This document shows positions 27,801 through 38,522 of a stretch of DNA of 64,000 nt, piece by piece. Source of the stretch: Sphaerodactylus townsendi. Its lineage: Eukaryota. Below the pieces are notes generated by a model, which worked only from the letters and a program-made list of their open reading frames with translations, had not been told where the DNA came from and ran no database searches. The translations under genes were made by a program, and so were the position numbers. The first letter of the stretch is position 1, and every line of letters starts with the position of its first letter. The stretch spans positions 71,548,001 to 71,612,000 of the forward strand of contig NC_059427.1 of the NCBI RefSeq assembly GCF_021028975.2, given 5' to 3'.

Positions 27801-30599
27801 TTCCCTCCCCTCCCCACAACAGCCACCTTGTGAAGTAGGTGGGGCTGAGAGTGTTCTGAGAGAACTGTGATTAGCCCAAGGTCATCCAGCAGGCTTCATG
27901 AGTAGCAGTGGGGAAAACTAACCTGGTTCACCAGATTAGAGTCCTCCACTCTTAACCATTACACCATTACAGCATATTCCAAACACCAATCACACGTTGT
28001 GTGAAGAAGTGTTTCCTTTGAATTAGGACTAATAAACGTGTGATTGGTGTTTGGAATATGCTGCCACAGAAGGTGGTGATGGCCACTAACCTGGATAGCT
28101 TTAAAAAGGGCTTGGACAGATTTATGGAGGAGAAGTCGATCTATGGCTACCAATCTTGATCCTCCTTGATCTCAGATTGCAAATGCCTTAGCAGACCAGG
28201 TGCTCGGGAACAGCAGCAGCAGAAGGCCATTGCTTTCACATCCTGCATGTGAGCTCCCAAAGGCACCTGGTGGGCCACTGCGAGTAGCAGAGTGCTGGAC
28301 TAGATGACTCTGGTCTGATCCAGCAGGCTAGTTCTTATGTTCTTATGTACTGGCCATGTTTCTTCTAGCTTCAAGTCATTTGTTCTGTTGCATTTGCTGT
28401 ACTCCCATCTAAAACACCCTATTAGTTTTGCTTTGTTAGGCTCACTTGGGTCTTACAAGTCTAGTTCATGATCAGCTGAAGGGACACTAGTTAGTCTTGG
28501 GCCTGACTTCAAAAACTCACTATAAGTTGGTACACATTTCTATGCTCCCCTCTACCCTTGATCTCTAATCAAGACATGGTTAGGCTTACAGAAGGAAGCA
28601 TTGGGTCCATTATGTAGTTAAAACAACATCTATAGCTGAAATAGACAATTCTTCCATCACTCAATTAGGATTTGTTTTGGGAAGGATCTTTGGAACTTAC
28701 AGACGCTTGCAGATCTTTCAGCCTGCTATTCTGCTTCCTTCTTCCCCTACCAGGTCCTGCCATGGCCCGTGTGCTGCAGGCTGGGGTGTCAGACAGTCTG
28801 GCTAAGCTGCCCTTCATGAGCAGTGCGGTGATGGGTGTATTTGGCGTGCAAGGCTGCAGGGTCACACGTTGCGGCTACACAGGCGAAGATGGCGTAGAGG
28901 TACCACATAGTCACCTCACCCAGGGGATAAAAGGGAATGGGGCAACATGACAGCAGAAGTCATGTGGTTTGATGAAGTCAGATTGCATGGGGGAAGAGTC
29001 ACTGAGAAGGGAGCAGTCAGCTCAGGCCAGACAGAAGAGACCGCACCAAATCAAGCTGGTTGGGATTGAGGAGTCAGACCAAGTGAATAACAGAGGCTGG
29101 CCAGGAGTGAACAAGGCGAGTAACCAAAATTGGGTCAGGAGGGTACAAAGCCCACTGACCAAATAACAAATGTTTTTCCCTACCCAGATCTCTGTCCCTG
29201 CAAGCCAAGCAGTAGAGCTGGCTGAGAACTTGCTCAAAGATCCAACTGTGTGGCTGGCAGGACTTGCTGCTCGAGATAGTTTGCGTCTGGAGGCAGGGCT
29301 CTGTCTCTATGGGAATGACATTGAAGAGAGCACAACTCCTGTGGAGGCCAGTCTGACATGGACCCTGGGTAGGTGTTTGCTGCATCTCTGGATTTGTGCT
29401 GCCTCCCCCTCCCCCTTTCCTCTCTCAATGCAGAACTTGATCAAACTCCTCCCCTGGGCCACTCAAATCAACTACTGTGTTTACTCAAAAGGAAGACAAC
29501 CCTGAATGTAAGACTATCCCTCTTTTAAGAAGTCACTCACAAAAGGTGTTACTTTACATAACTGTAACTTAAATACAAATTTAAGATGGCCCCTTACGTT
29601 TCTTGGTAGCTTATGTAGACAAAACTTTGCCTTCCTTTTGGGAAAACAGTGTACTCCCAGGTCCAGGGTGTGCAGGGCAGGAAATACACAGAAATAATAA
29701 ATTGGCAAAGGGAAGGAAGTTGTTAAGAGTTTTCAGTGGCATGAATGAAAGCTTATGTAACATATCTGCCCCCAAGTGCAAGGTCATTTGAATTAGGGCA
29801 GTGGGATTCCCAATCTGATTACTAGCAATAACACTTTCCTTTTGACTGGTTCTCAGGGAAACGCCGACGTATTGCCATGGATTTTCCTGGTGCGCAGATC
29901 ATTGTGGCTCAAATCAAAGAAAAGCCAAAGAGGAAACGTATAGGACTGATTTCCACAGGTCCTCCTATCCGTCAACACATGCCGGTCCTTGGCCCAGAAG
30001 GCAAAATCATTGGTAGGTGGAGCATCAGTTTGGAATGTTTCATTCCCCCCCCCCCCCCGCCTCCCACTGGGCAAGTTAGCTTTAGAGATAAAGGAAAATA
30101 GTTCCAGCTTAAATGACCGTGTCTGGCCCAGGACCCAATGTGCTTTACCATCCTAGCAGGGATCAGTTTTGTCTTTAAGTGCCACTGGTATTCTTTTTTT
30201 CATTTCATTGTTTAGAAGTAGCTTCCAATAGATGCCTAATGCTTCACAACCTAGCAGTTCAGTTACTGCAAATAACATTTGAAGAACTCTGCTGGACACC
30301 AAGAACAGCAGCCAACTGCTTGATCATGCATAGCTTATCAAGGTCACTACTAGAGCAAAACTAGAGCCATTAAGGGTGGTTGCATGTCTCTCATTAACTT
30401 ACCTTTCCTTCCTATTCAAGGTGAGGTTACAAGTGGCTGTCCCTCACCCTGTCTGCAGAAGAACATTGCCATGGGCTACGTGGAGAGTGAACATAGCAAA
30501 CTGAATACAGACCTCATGGTAGAAGTGAGGAAGAAGAGCTGTCCAGCTCTAGTGACCAAGATGCCCTTTGTACCCACCCACTACTACACAGTGAAATGA
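21569..30599 (+). CDS. AMT: Aminomethyltransferase (glycine cleavage T protein), mitochondrial, complete spliced CDS, 415 aa
   Basis: Nine exons: 21569-21694, 24674-24841, 25918-25998, 27196-27327, 27538-27616, 28754-28899, 29188-29368, 29857-30012, 30421-30599 (1248 nt). Arg-rich presequence; motifs [69 protein letters not shown]. Confidence 0.98.
23961..24437. mobile_element. Solo LTR (477 bp)
   Basis: TGTAG...CTACA termini, perfect 5-bp TSD GAGGG (23956-23960, 24438-24442), CpG-rich, AATAAAA at about 24300. Confidence 0.85.
24674..24841 (+). CDS. AMT: AMT exon 2
   Basis: [25 protein letters not shown]...FDVSHMLQ. Confidence 0.96.
25918..25998 (+). CDS. AMT: AMT exon 3
   Basis: [27 protein letters not shown]. 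Confidence 0.95.
27196..27327 (+). CDS. AMT: AMT exon 4
   Basis: [18 protein letters not shown]...[19 protein letters not shown]. Confidence 0.96.
27538..27616 (+). CDS. AMT: AMT exon 5
   Basis: [26 protein letters not shown]. Confidence 0.94.
27735..27966 (-). mobile_element. Squam3/CORE-type SINE, interrupted in its tRNA head by a CR1
   Basis: Typical body ccccacaacagccaccttgtgaagtaggtggggctgagag...cttaaccattacacca; the remainder ctggc follows the CR1 at about 28350. Confidence 0.8.
27970..28347 (+). mobile_element. CR1 3' fragment with 5' fold-back inversion
   Basis: 28035-28347 is near-identical to 7927-8245; 27970-28019 is an inverted copy of the overlapping upstream CR1 segment. Confidence 0.92.
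28754..28899 (+). CDS. AMT: AMT exon 6
   Basis: [12 protein letters not shown]...[15 protein letters not shown]. Confidence 0.96.
29188..29368 (+). CDS. AMT: AMT exon 7
   Basis: [13 protein letters not shown]...[21 protein letters not shown]...LTWTL. Confidence 0.96.
29857..30012 (+). CDS. AMT: AMT exon 8
   Basis: [16 protein letters not shown]...GPEGKII. Confidence 0.95.
30421..30599 (+). CDS. AMT: AMT exon 9
   Basis: [21 protein letters not shown]...[13 protein letters not shown]; candidate polyA signal ATTAAA 30879-30884. Confidence 0.95.
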
Positions 30600-32978
30600 G
30601 CTGCTGCTGCTGGCACAAACTGTTTTGTACTGTCAACCTGTGTAAAAAGTCATTGGGACTTCCTTTAAGAATGGTGGCTGCCAGAACCAATCAGTACTTA
30701 AAAAGGAAGACCAGTTTAATCTGCTGAAGAAATTGCCTTAGCAGCTAAAAAGAGCAGCATAGACTAGTCCCAGGAGATGTGTGCCTTTAAACTAGTACTG
30801 ACGTAGCAATAACTTGAGCTGCCACAGTCCCTGCACAGAGCCTGCCTAGGTCTGTACTGGTTTCCAGTTTAATCAAAAATTAAACAGTACCCTTAACTTC
30901 TCTGCTGCCCTCTACTTATTTGAGATGCAGTCATAAATAACATTCCTGCGATCCGATATGTGCTCAACTAGACCTTCTAGTAAAGTTGACACCCATGTTT
31001 ATTGTTTCTGTTCTTGAAGTAGGAAGAGGTAAGCACATTGCTTATCCCTTTGATATATTTCAACATCAGAGCTAGGTTTTCTTAATTATACAAACATGTT
31101 TTGGTCCCAACTGGTACATTTTAACAAGCTTTTATTCCCTTGGGTAATAATGAATGGGAGATATCTTCTACAGATGGTCTCTGAGAGACAATGGAGTCCA
31201 CCATTCCCAGTTCCAATATGAAATGTACATTATTGGTGTCAGGACTTCTAATTCAAAAAGGATGCTGGTCTACAAACAAGCTCCATGATATGGGCAGTCA
31301 AAAATGGACCTGGCTTCATTCACTGCACTAAATGACTTCTTGACTAGTTCTCTTCTTTTCAATTACGCACACAAACCATTTTACCTAAGTCAGTATTAGG
31401 TCTCGAAACCTTTAGTCAATACTTTGAAGTATTGATCAGTAGTGTTTATTGAAGAGGTATCAAAGCACTATATGTGGCAAAACCAGTTCTCATGAAGCTG
31501 GCAGAACGAAGCTCCCCTGTTGAGAACCCCCCTCCTGTTTTCCCAAGAGGTTGTGAAAAACAGTCTTGGGAGCTGAGGCGCCTCAAGGTCAGCAGCAGAC
31601 AGCACGAGATCACTTCCTGCCCTACGAAATAACGGATGTAATACAGTTCTCATGGGACAGAGGTACTAGGGAAAGCCTAGTTGTCTACAAACCGTGCAGA
31701 GCCACAAAGTAGAGATCAAGGAAAGAATACACAGATGGCAGTGGATACATGTAGCAGCCTGATCATATATATGGTCATATATATCTTTCTAGCAGCAGTA
31801 ATTGGTTATTTTAAGAAGTTACATGGATCTGGGAATGTATTTCAATCACATAGATAGCATCCTCCTGACAGGCAGACAGCTGTTTTTCTAAAGAGAATTC
31901 CTGGGGGGGTTCTAGAAACACCGGATCAACAATTCTAGAATTTGAAAAAAGGCAGCATTCTGGTCAAATTCTTCTGTTTGGGTGAATTCCTCCATTTGTT
32001 TCCAGCCTAGATAATTCATAAGGTAGAACCTGAACATGCTGCTTTGGGCTGTAAAGAATGCAAATTATCTATCAGAAAGTAGCCTAGGTTTAAGTAACTA
32101 CATATCTAAAAATGTTCATGAAGTACCAAGAAGATCAGTTAATGCAAAAAGAAACACATGATTTGCTTTGGCCATTATCTCTTTATAATATGTACATTAT
32201 ACACAACCAACAAGGAGGCAGCGTTTGGCAGAATGAAGTGCTAATCAGTACCTCTAATACCACACAGCTGCAGAGCACACTCTACATTACTCCTCCAGGG
32301 AATGAGCACCAAGAACTATAGTTTGGAGCGGGAACATTTGTAGAAGTTGGTGAGCTCGTAGATCTCAGTTGGGGACACACAGTGCAAAGACTTATTGAGG
32401 CAAGGAACGAGAAAGGATTTCAAATTTCTTGGACTAGGCCACCACAGCTTGCTAAAGACAGCTTTCGTCTGATACTAGCAAGGGTGACTTAAACTCTAAA
32501 GAAAAATCTGAGGCTCTCCCCAACATCAGTGTTCTTCTTCATCCTTGAGATTTATTTCCCTTGAACTGTTTTAAACCAAGAGGAGTTCAAACACAACTGC
32601 AGAAAAGAAAGCAAACCCAACCCAACCAACCCAATAAGCTACCTTGATGTTGAACAGAAGGAGACTCAAGGCTGGTTTGCAGAATGAATAGCACTACAGC
32701 AAAAAGAAGAATGCTAACAACTTAAAGGAGGGAAACTGCAGCTTCCCCAACCTGAGTAGAGCAACCCTGAGACTCCACACTTGATAACTGGAGGGATCAG
32801 AGCAGTCACAGGGGAACAATCCTTACAGCACCAGTGTTAGCCAGCAGCCAGGCCACAGGGCAGGAGAAAAGGCAAGCATGGCTGCAGTTTCCTTAGCACT
32901 GACGGACCAAGGCCTCTTGCCCAGCAGGCATCCTCTATGCTCCTGAGCAGCAACAGTCTGGTTTTGTTAGCTCCGTTA

Positions 32979-33021
32979 TTATTCCCGATGGGTTTTCACA
33001 GTTTCATTGCTTGAGCTCTCC
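32979..33021 (-). CDS. TCTA: TCTA exon 3 coding part
   Basis: [16 protein letters not shown]. Confidence 0.93.
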
Positions 33022-36000
33022 CTGAGGAAAATCAAATACAACACATTAGTAAATCAGAGGCTATAGGTAAAAATCATCCTGTTTTCTCTGGCATTTGGTG
33101 TTCAAGCTGATGCTGATTCCGTAATGGAGACAGGGGGATCCAAGTCAGAAGCACAAGACACTTACCACACTGAGAAGTGGGAGGAGCCATCAGGAGTCCC
33201 TCCATTCTGTCCTCCAGGACCTGGAAAGGAGAAAGCAGTCAAACAAACGTTTTCTCTGAAACTGTCCCACTCCACAAAGAGCTACCAATGCTTTTGCCAA
33301 TGGGTTGTAAGATAAAAACTGGTTAGGGAAAATCATATAAATTTCACTCTATGCAATTTACAACTCACCAACTAGGGCAAAGCAACTGTCCCTGGATCTC
33401 TCTCTGTCCTTTAAATTACACTGATCAAAAGTAACAAAAAAGGGTAATCTGATAGAAAATCTTGGCAGCTGTCAGCAAGCTATTGGGCCAGCTGAAGATT
33501 TCTTCCTAATGTGAGTTCTGCAGCAGTGCTTCTTTGGCTTCTATTTCTTGCACAGCTTCACTTCCTCCCTGGGACAGTGGATGCAAGCATACCCCTTCTC
33601 ACAGTCTTTCTGCCCACTCTAATTTCTTAGTTGTAGAGGAATTTTTCAGAAGAGTGGTGCATGATAACAAATCAGTAAAACCAAATAGACAATGTTTTTT
33701 TACTGAGCCTGGAACACAAGTAGATCAAGATCAAAAGCTAGGAAATTGTGGGAATAAATTAAGTATACACAAACTCTTTAGAAGGTATTTCATAGAAACC
33801 ATATTTAGAAAGGCACCTGATAAAAAATCTCAGTAATCTAAAAAAAGACTCCTAAATACGCAACCATAACATTAATCCCAGCAATTACAGAACAATCTGT
33901 TTAGAAATAATGTCACTGAAATAAATAAAATGAAGGCCATATATATTGATCACTTTTAGATCCAATAAACTTAAAAGGATAAAAAGAAACCACTGCTATG
34001 TAGCTGACAAAAAATTGGAGAGGTACAGTATTTGCAAGCAAGTCCTTTTCAACTATTTTTATTCAAGTAGGAATACACTAACAAATAACAATTAAAACTA
34101 ACAGTGGCCAGAAACTCTCCTAGTTGAAATCAAATAACAAAGCTGATTTGGGTACTTAAGGTTTTGTGAACTGTGCAGTAAGGGCTTCTGAGTTGGGTAC
34201 TTGGGGGGGAGGTCAATATTTACAGGGCCTTACATAAATCATTTTGGGAACTCCTGTATATTGCAGGAAAGGGAAACAAGTAATTAAGAAATCTGGTGGA
34301 CTAGTCTGCCCAGCTTAACCAAGTGGATAAGCTTTTCCATTGCAAAGAAATGCCAGACTTTTTCAGGACACTGGCTTTTCTGGATGAGGGCTTCTGTTTT
34401 CAAGTGTCCACCTAATCAGAGGCGTAGCTAGGCCAGAGTACGCCCGGTGCACACTCTGGCTTTTCCGCCCCCCCGTGGCCCCCCCTGAGGCACCCCATTC
34501 CACTTACTTTTAGGAAAGGAGAAGGCCTGCATTGCCTGGGCCTGGTGGGAACTACATTTCCCAGGAGCCCCTGGGAAATGTAGTTCCCATCAGGCCCAGG
34601 CAACGCAGGCAGGCTTCTTCTCTGGGATGTTCCATTCCTAAAAGTACGTGTGGGGGGTGTGCCGTGGGGGGCCATGGGGGGACTTTTCTGCCCCCCGTGT
34701 GACTAGAAATGATGCGCCCGGTGCGTTGCGCACCCCCCAGCCCCCTGGTGGCTTTGCCACTGCACCTAATACTAGCACAGCTGCCATCAAGACACAAATA
34801 TAATTCTTTATAAATGGCATGTTATGTCCTCATACCAGCAACATTCCAGATGCTTTAAAATCTAGGCCCCAGCAATTCGATTAATGTTAATCAAAGTAAC
34901 CACCTACCAAATGTGAAACTTTAGACAACTGCACCAATTGCAGCAGAAGGTTCCGCTGTTCTCCCACCCCTGTTGGCAGGGCCCGTTTCCTGCAATATGA
35001 CACGTTCTGTTGGGGTAATATTCTGGTAAGCCAGAATTTTAGGGATGCCTCCACAGCTCATTTACCCCATAACAATGCTGAACTCATTAGAAAGTAGATT
35101 CTTGACATTAACCAGTTAGCCTTTGAATGACTTTCTGGACTTTGGCACCATTCCAGCAAGACTGAATAATCTTTCTAGCTCTCAGACAACAACATAAAAC
35201 GTCTCAGTTTTCTGGAAACTATCCAAAGGAAAAGTTCAACAAGCAGAGATCACTTAATGTCTTGTTTGGGCTCTGGTAACTCTTATGTATAATTCATGCA
35301 CAAAAAAAGTCTTAACCAAGTATTACAAGGAGAAGGGAGATAAAGGGGGAGGGGAGTGTCAGTGGTAGATCCTGTACTTTGTCCAGCTTCACAAGGATTC
35401 AGCCCCCAATATATTCAGTAACAGGATCCCAAGTAAAAGGTAACATGAAAGCAGACTAGGTGAGGGAGGCTTGGACAAGTACCAAGTTCCCACAGTTTGT
35501 CAAATCTATCACAGGGCACCACACAAGGCCCTTTTCAATTTTCCTCCTTGCAAAAACTCAGCAAGGCAGGCAGAGAAAGAGTGTGTGTCTTGCTCAAGGT
35601 CATCTCATAAGTGTAAAGGTCATCTCATAAGTATAATGGTTGCATGGTGATTTGAATGCAGATCTTGACAGTCTGACGTAACTACCCCAACAGTGCTCTC
35701 CTCTGCAGAGTGATTCCAGTCTAGATTGTACTGAAAGCTAGCTTTCTTTAAAGATATTTTACTCGCAAAAGATGCTTACAATGTCACTCTGGAAACAGCT
35801 ACCATCACAACACCCATCTAGCCAACTATTATGCAGTCTTGGGGGAGGAGAAGACCAAGGAGTGGGGAGTCAACAAGATCAGACAACAGGGAATACTGCA
35901 ACTAATGTCACAAAAACTATACTTTTCAGACACAATGAACGGCCACCTACCCCCGATCTATGAACTGACAGCAAAGCCATATAGGCCAACCTCAAGTCAC

Positions 36001-36600
36001 AGCCTTGTTGCCACTACGTTTTGGAGGACATCGATTCATAGCATCGCCATGAGTTGGAAGAGACCTGACAGCACTTACATACACACACATGTTTAGTTTA
36101 AGACTCCATTCCAGCCTCTAGCGGCTGGTTTCTACCCGAATCCAGGCTTCAGATGCTGCTACAAAACAGAGGCCGGGGACTGAAGGCTTTGAAAGACACG
36201 CGCAGGGCTGAGGATTTGGGGAGAGAGGCAGGAAAGGTCATGCAAGCGAAGTGACGATGCCAGAGGCAGCCAGCGGAGAAGCCACGGTGAAAATGTCCAC
36301 TCTGTCCGCGCGGAGGCGGCCCCATGGGCGGCGGGGACGGCAGTGTCGCAGGGCCCCCAGCAGGAAGCGAGGCCTACCTTGCCGGTAGTAGAGGCCGGTG
36401 ACGGTGTTCCCGTAGACGCGCCAGGCCACCTGGATGCCCACCAAGCTCACCAGGAGCCAGAGCACGAGCAGCTGGAAGAGGGCGGCCCGCAAGTCCTGCG
36501 CCTCCCAGTCGGACACGAACTCCTGACCCAGCCAGGTCAGAGCCCGCAGCGCCCGCGACGGGCCCCCCCACTCCTCGCCCCCCGCCGCCGCCGCCGCCAT
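32979..36600 (-). CDS. TCTA: T-cell leukemia translocation-altered gene protein, complete spliced CDS, 106 aa
   Basis: Exons (minus) 36378-36600, 33166-33220, 32979-33021 (321 nt): ...[83 protein letters not shown]. Confidence 0.96.
33166..33220 (-). CDS. TCTA: TCTA exon 2
   Basis: [19 protein letters not shown], 55 nt. Confidence 0.94.
34417..34762. mobile_element. Non-autonomous hAT MITE with central palindrome
   Basis: Perfect 8-bp TSD CACCTAAT (34409-34416, 34763-34770); TIRs cagaggcgtag / ctttgccactg; central inverted repeat 34525-34610. Confidence 0.88.
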
Positions 36601-37640
36601 CCTCCCCCGCCACCTGCACCCGCACCCGCACCCGGGCGGCAAGGCCGAGCGCGGCACCGGCAGCTCCTGCTGCGCAAACAACGCCACGGGATGGCATATG
36701 GCGCATGCGCTCGAAGGGAACTCTCGGGCCCCGCCTCCACAGCCGGGTTCCGCTGGGTGTTTGTTGTGACTGAAATATTCCACTACTCGAGTAAAAGTTT
36801 CCTGCGCAGCCAGAGCGCGTTGACTCCGAAGAAGTAATGCCCTTTGCAGTCAGTGGAACTTACTTCAGGGTGAATGTGGACTAGGTCGTCCGTTTACACC
36901 TAGATCACTGACTAAATGACATTTAGTAAATGTGCATTCGATTTAATTGCTCTGCTGGCCCAAGACTCCTCGTGCGAAAGGCTGCCTTACTCCCCACGAA
37001 CCGTGTTAAAATGGGAACATTTTCTTTTCTGACAATTTTTGGCGACCTACCCCAAGGGAAGGGTGGATTCTGCAGCCTTTCCAACGATGAGGACATCCGC
37101 ACTAACCACTAAGATCCATTAGTTCCTAGGCAAGGCAAGCAGAGTACACAACTAATAAGGATCGTTCAATTAAAAAGAGAAACAGAAGTGAACAAACAGT
37201 CCCTAATCCCGCCCCCTCAGCAAGGTTGCACCTAACATTATAACCTATCGTGCGGATTTCGGGGACGAGATGCTGAGAAGTGGTTCTGGCGTTTCCCGGC
37301 CACTTTGAAATGCTGCACGAAAGAAAGCTGCAGAATTCTTTTAGCGGCAACTCGTGGCGGAACATGACAATAATCATCATAATAATGCGTAGTGTCGCCC
37401 AAGATTATTAAATCGCTCTTTCGAAAGTGACTGCTATACACAGAGGTGCCGAAAGGGAGTTGAGAATGCTCCACTTTTCCGGAAAGCGATTGTCCTTCAC
37501 TTTCATTTTCGTTTTCAAGGGAAGGAAAAACCAGGCGTTTCCTAGGGTCGGAGGCGGAGCAAAACCTTAGCACTGCTCTGTTCTTAGCGTTGGAGGTTCA
37601 GGTCGGGTACTGGAGGCAGCTCTCGGTTTAGGTAAGATAT
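36150..37640. promoter_or_regulatory. Divergent TCTA/UBA7 promoter region: CpG island, NRF1 site and tandem ISRE
   Basis: NRF1 palindrome GCGCATGCGC 36701-36710; ACTTTCATTTTCGTTTTC at 37499-37516 (two overlapping TTTCNNTTTC ISRE cores); ETS-like TTCCGGAA about 37477; probable non-coding UBA7 exon donor TAG/gtaaga at 37631. Confidence 0.7.
36378..36600 (-). CDS. TCTA: TCTA exon 1
   Basis: [12 protein letters not shown]...[11 protein letters not shown], donor G/gtaggc. Confidence 0.93.
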
Positions 37641-38466
37641 GTAATTTCTCCCAGCCCGAAAGAATCCTGAAACTTACACATCTGCATTCAGAGAAATCTC
37701 GTGGCTGACATTCTGTGTGATAGTGTACTTCCTGTGGGCAATGTGTCTCTTGTTGGCATTTATGCCCTTTCACAGGTGAAATTCAGATGCTGTGCACCTG
37801 TCCGTTGGCCTTCTTTAAGGTTATCTTCTTGTTGACTAGTCAGGTGAGAGCTATACTAATGTGTGGATTATTGGAGAGATGTAATGGATTTGTTTGATGT
37901 TCATATAGAATTGAATTGCATGTGCATACACCAAAGACTTCAAGTGGCTCATCTCGACTTGTAAGTCATCCTTTAGATATGAGATTCCCAGCAAAATCCA
38001 AAACATATGGCATAATGCCATTTTCTCATTCTAATACACTGGTGTTCAGTTGACAGGTTCAGCCTTAACCCCAAAGTAGTTCACTTCTATGTATCTGCCA
38101 TTGACATCTGCCTTTTTAAGCACTGTTTTTTTTTAAAAAGAAAAGATAAAAGAAAAAGGAGGAAGTGAGAGAAACAGAAAGATGGGCATTCTTAGGCAAA
38201 ATAATGAAAAGTGGATCCGGTATATTAATTGGGCTTAGAGGTGCCGTCTATCATGCATAATGTGGATTTTTGAACTTTCCTCACTACCCACTGGTTGTAC
38301 ATGAAAAAGGACAAAGAGTAACTTGATATGTTTGCAAATAGAGTATGAGGAAAAGTCACAGTTTGGAAACCTTGGAGCTTAAAGCGAGCCTAAATTCTTA
38401 GCAGAGAGAAAGGAGTTTACTTAAAGGTATTGACTCATCCCTTTCTGTTTGATGGGCAGGAGCAAA

Positions 38467-38522
38467 ATGAACACCTTAGAGAACCTTCCAGAGATTGATG
38501 AAAGACTATACTCGCGTCAACT
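38467..38522 (+). CDS. UBA7: UBA7 coding exon 1
   Basis: [19 protein letters not shown], 56 nt, /gtgagt. Confidence 0.9.

Noticed and set aside
36238-36837. Long GC-rich ORFs around TCTA exon 1 (181, 164, 110 aa) as extensions or extra genes
   Set aside because: Non-ATG starts or low-complexity frames caused by CpG-island composition; the NRF1 site suggests the TSS lies downstream of the 36706 ATG.
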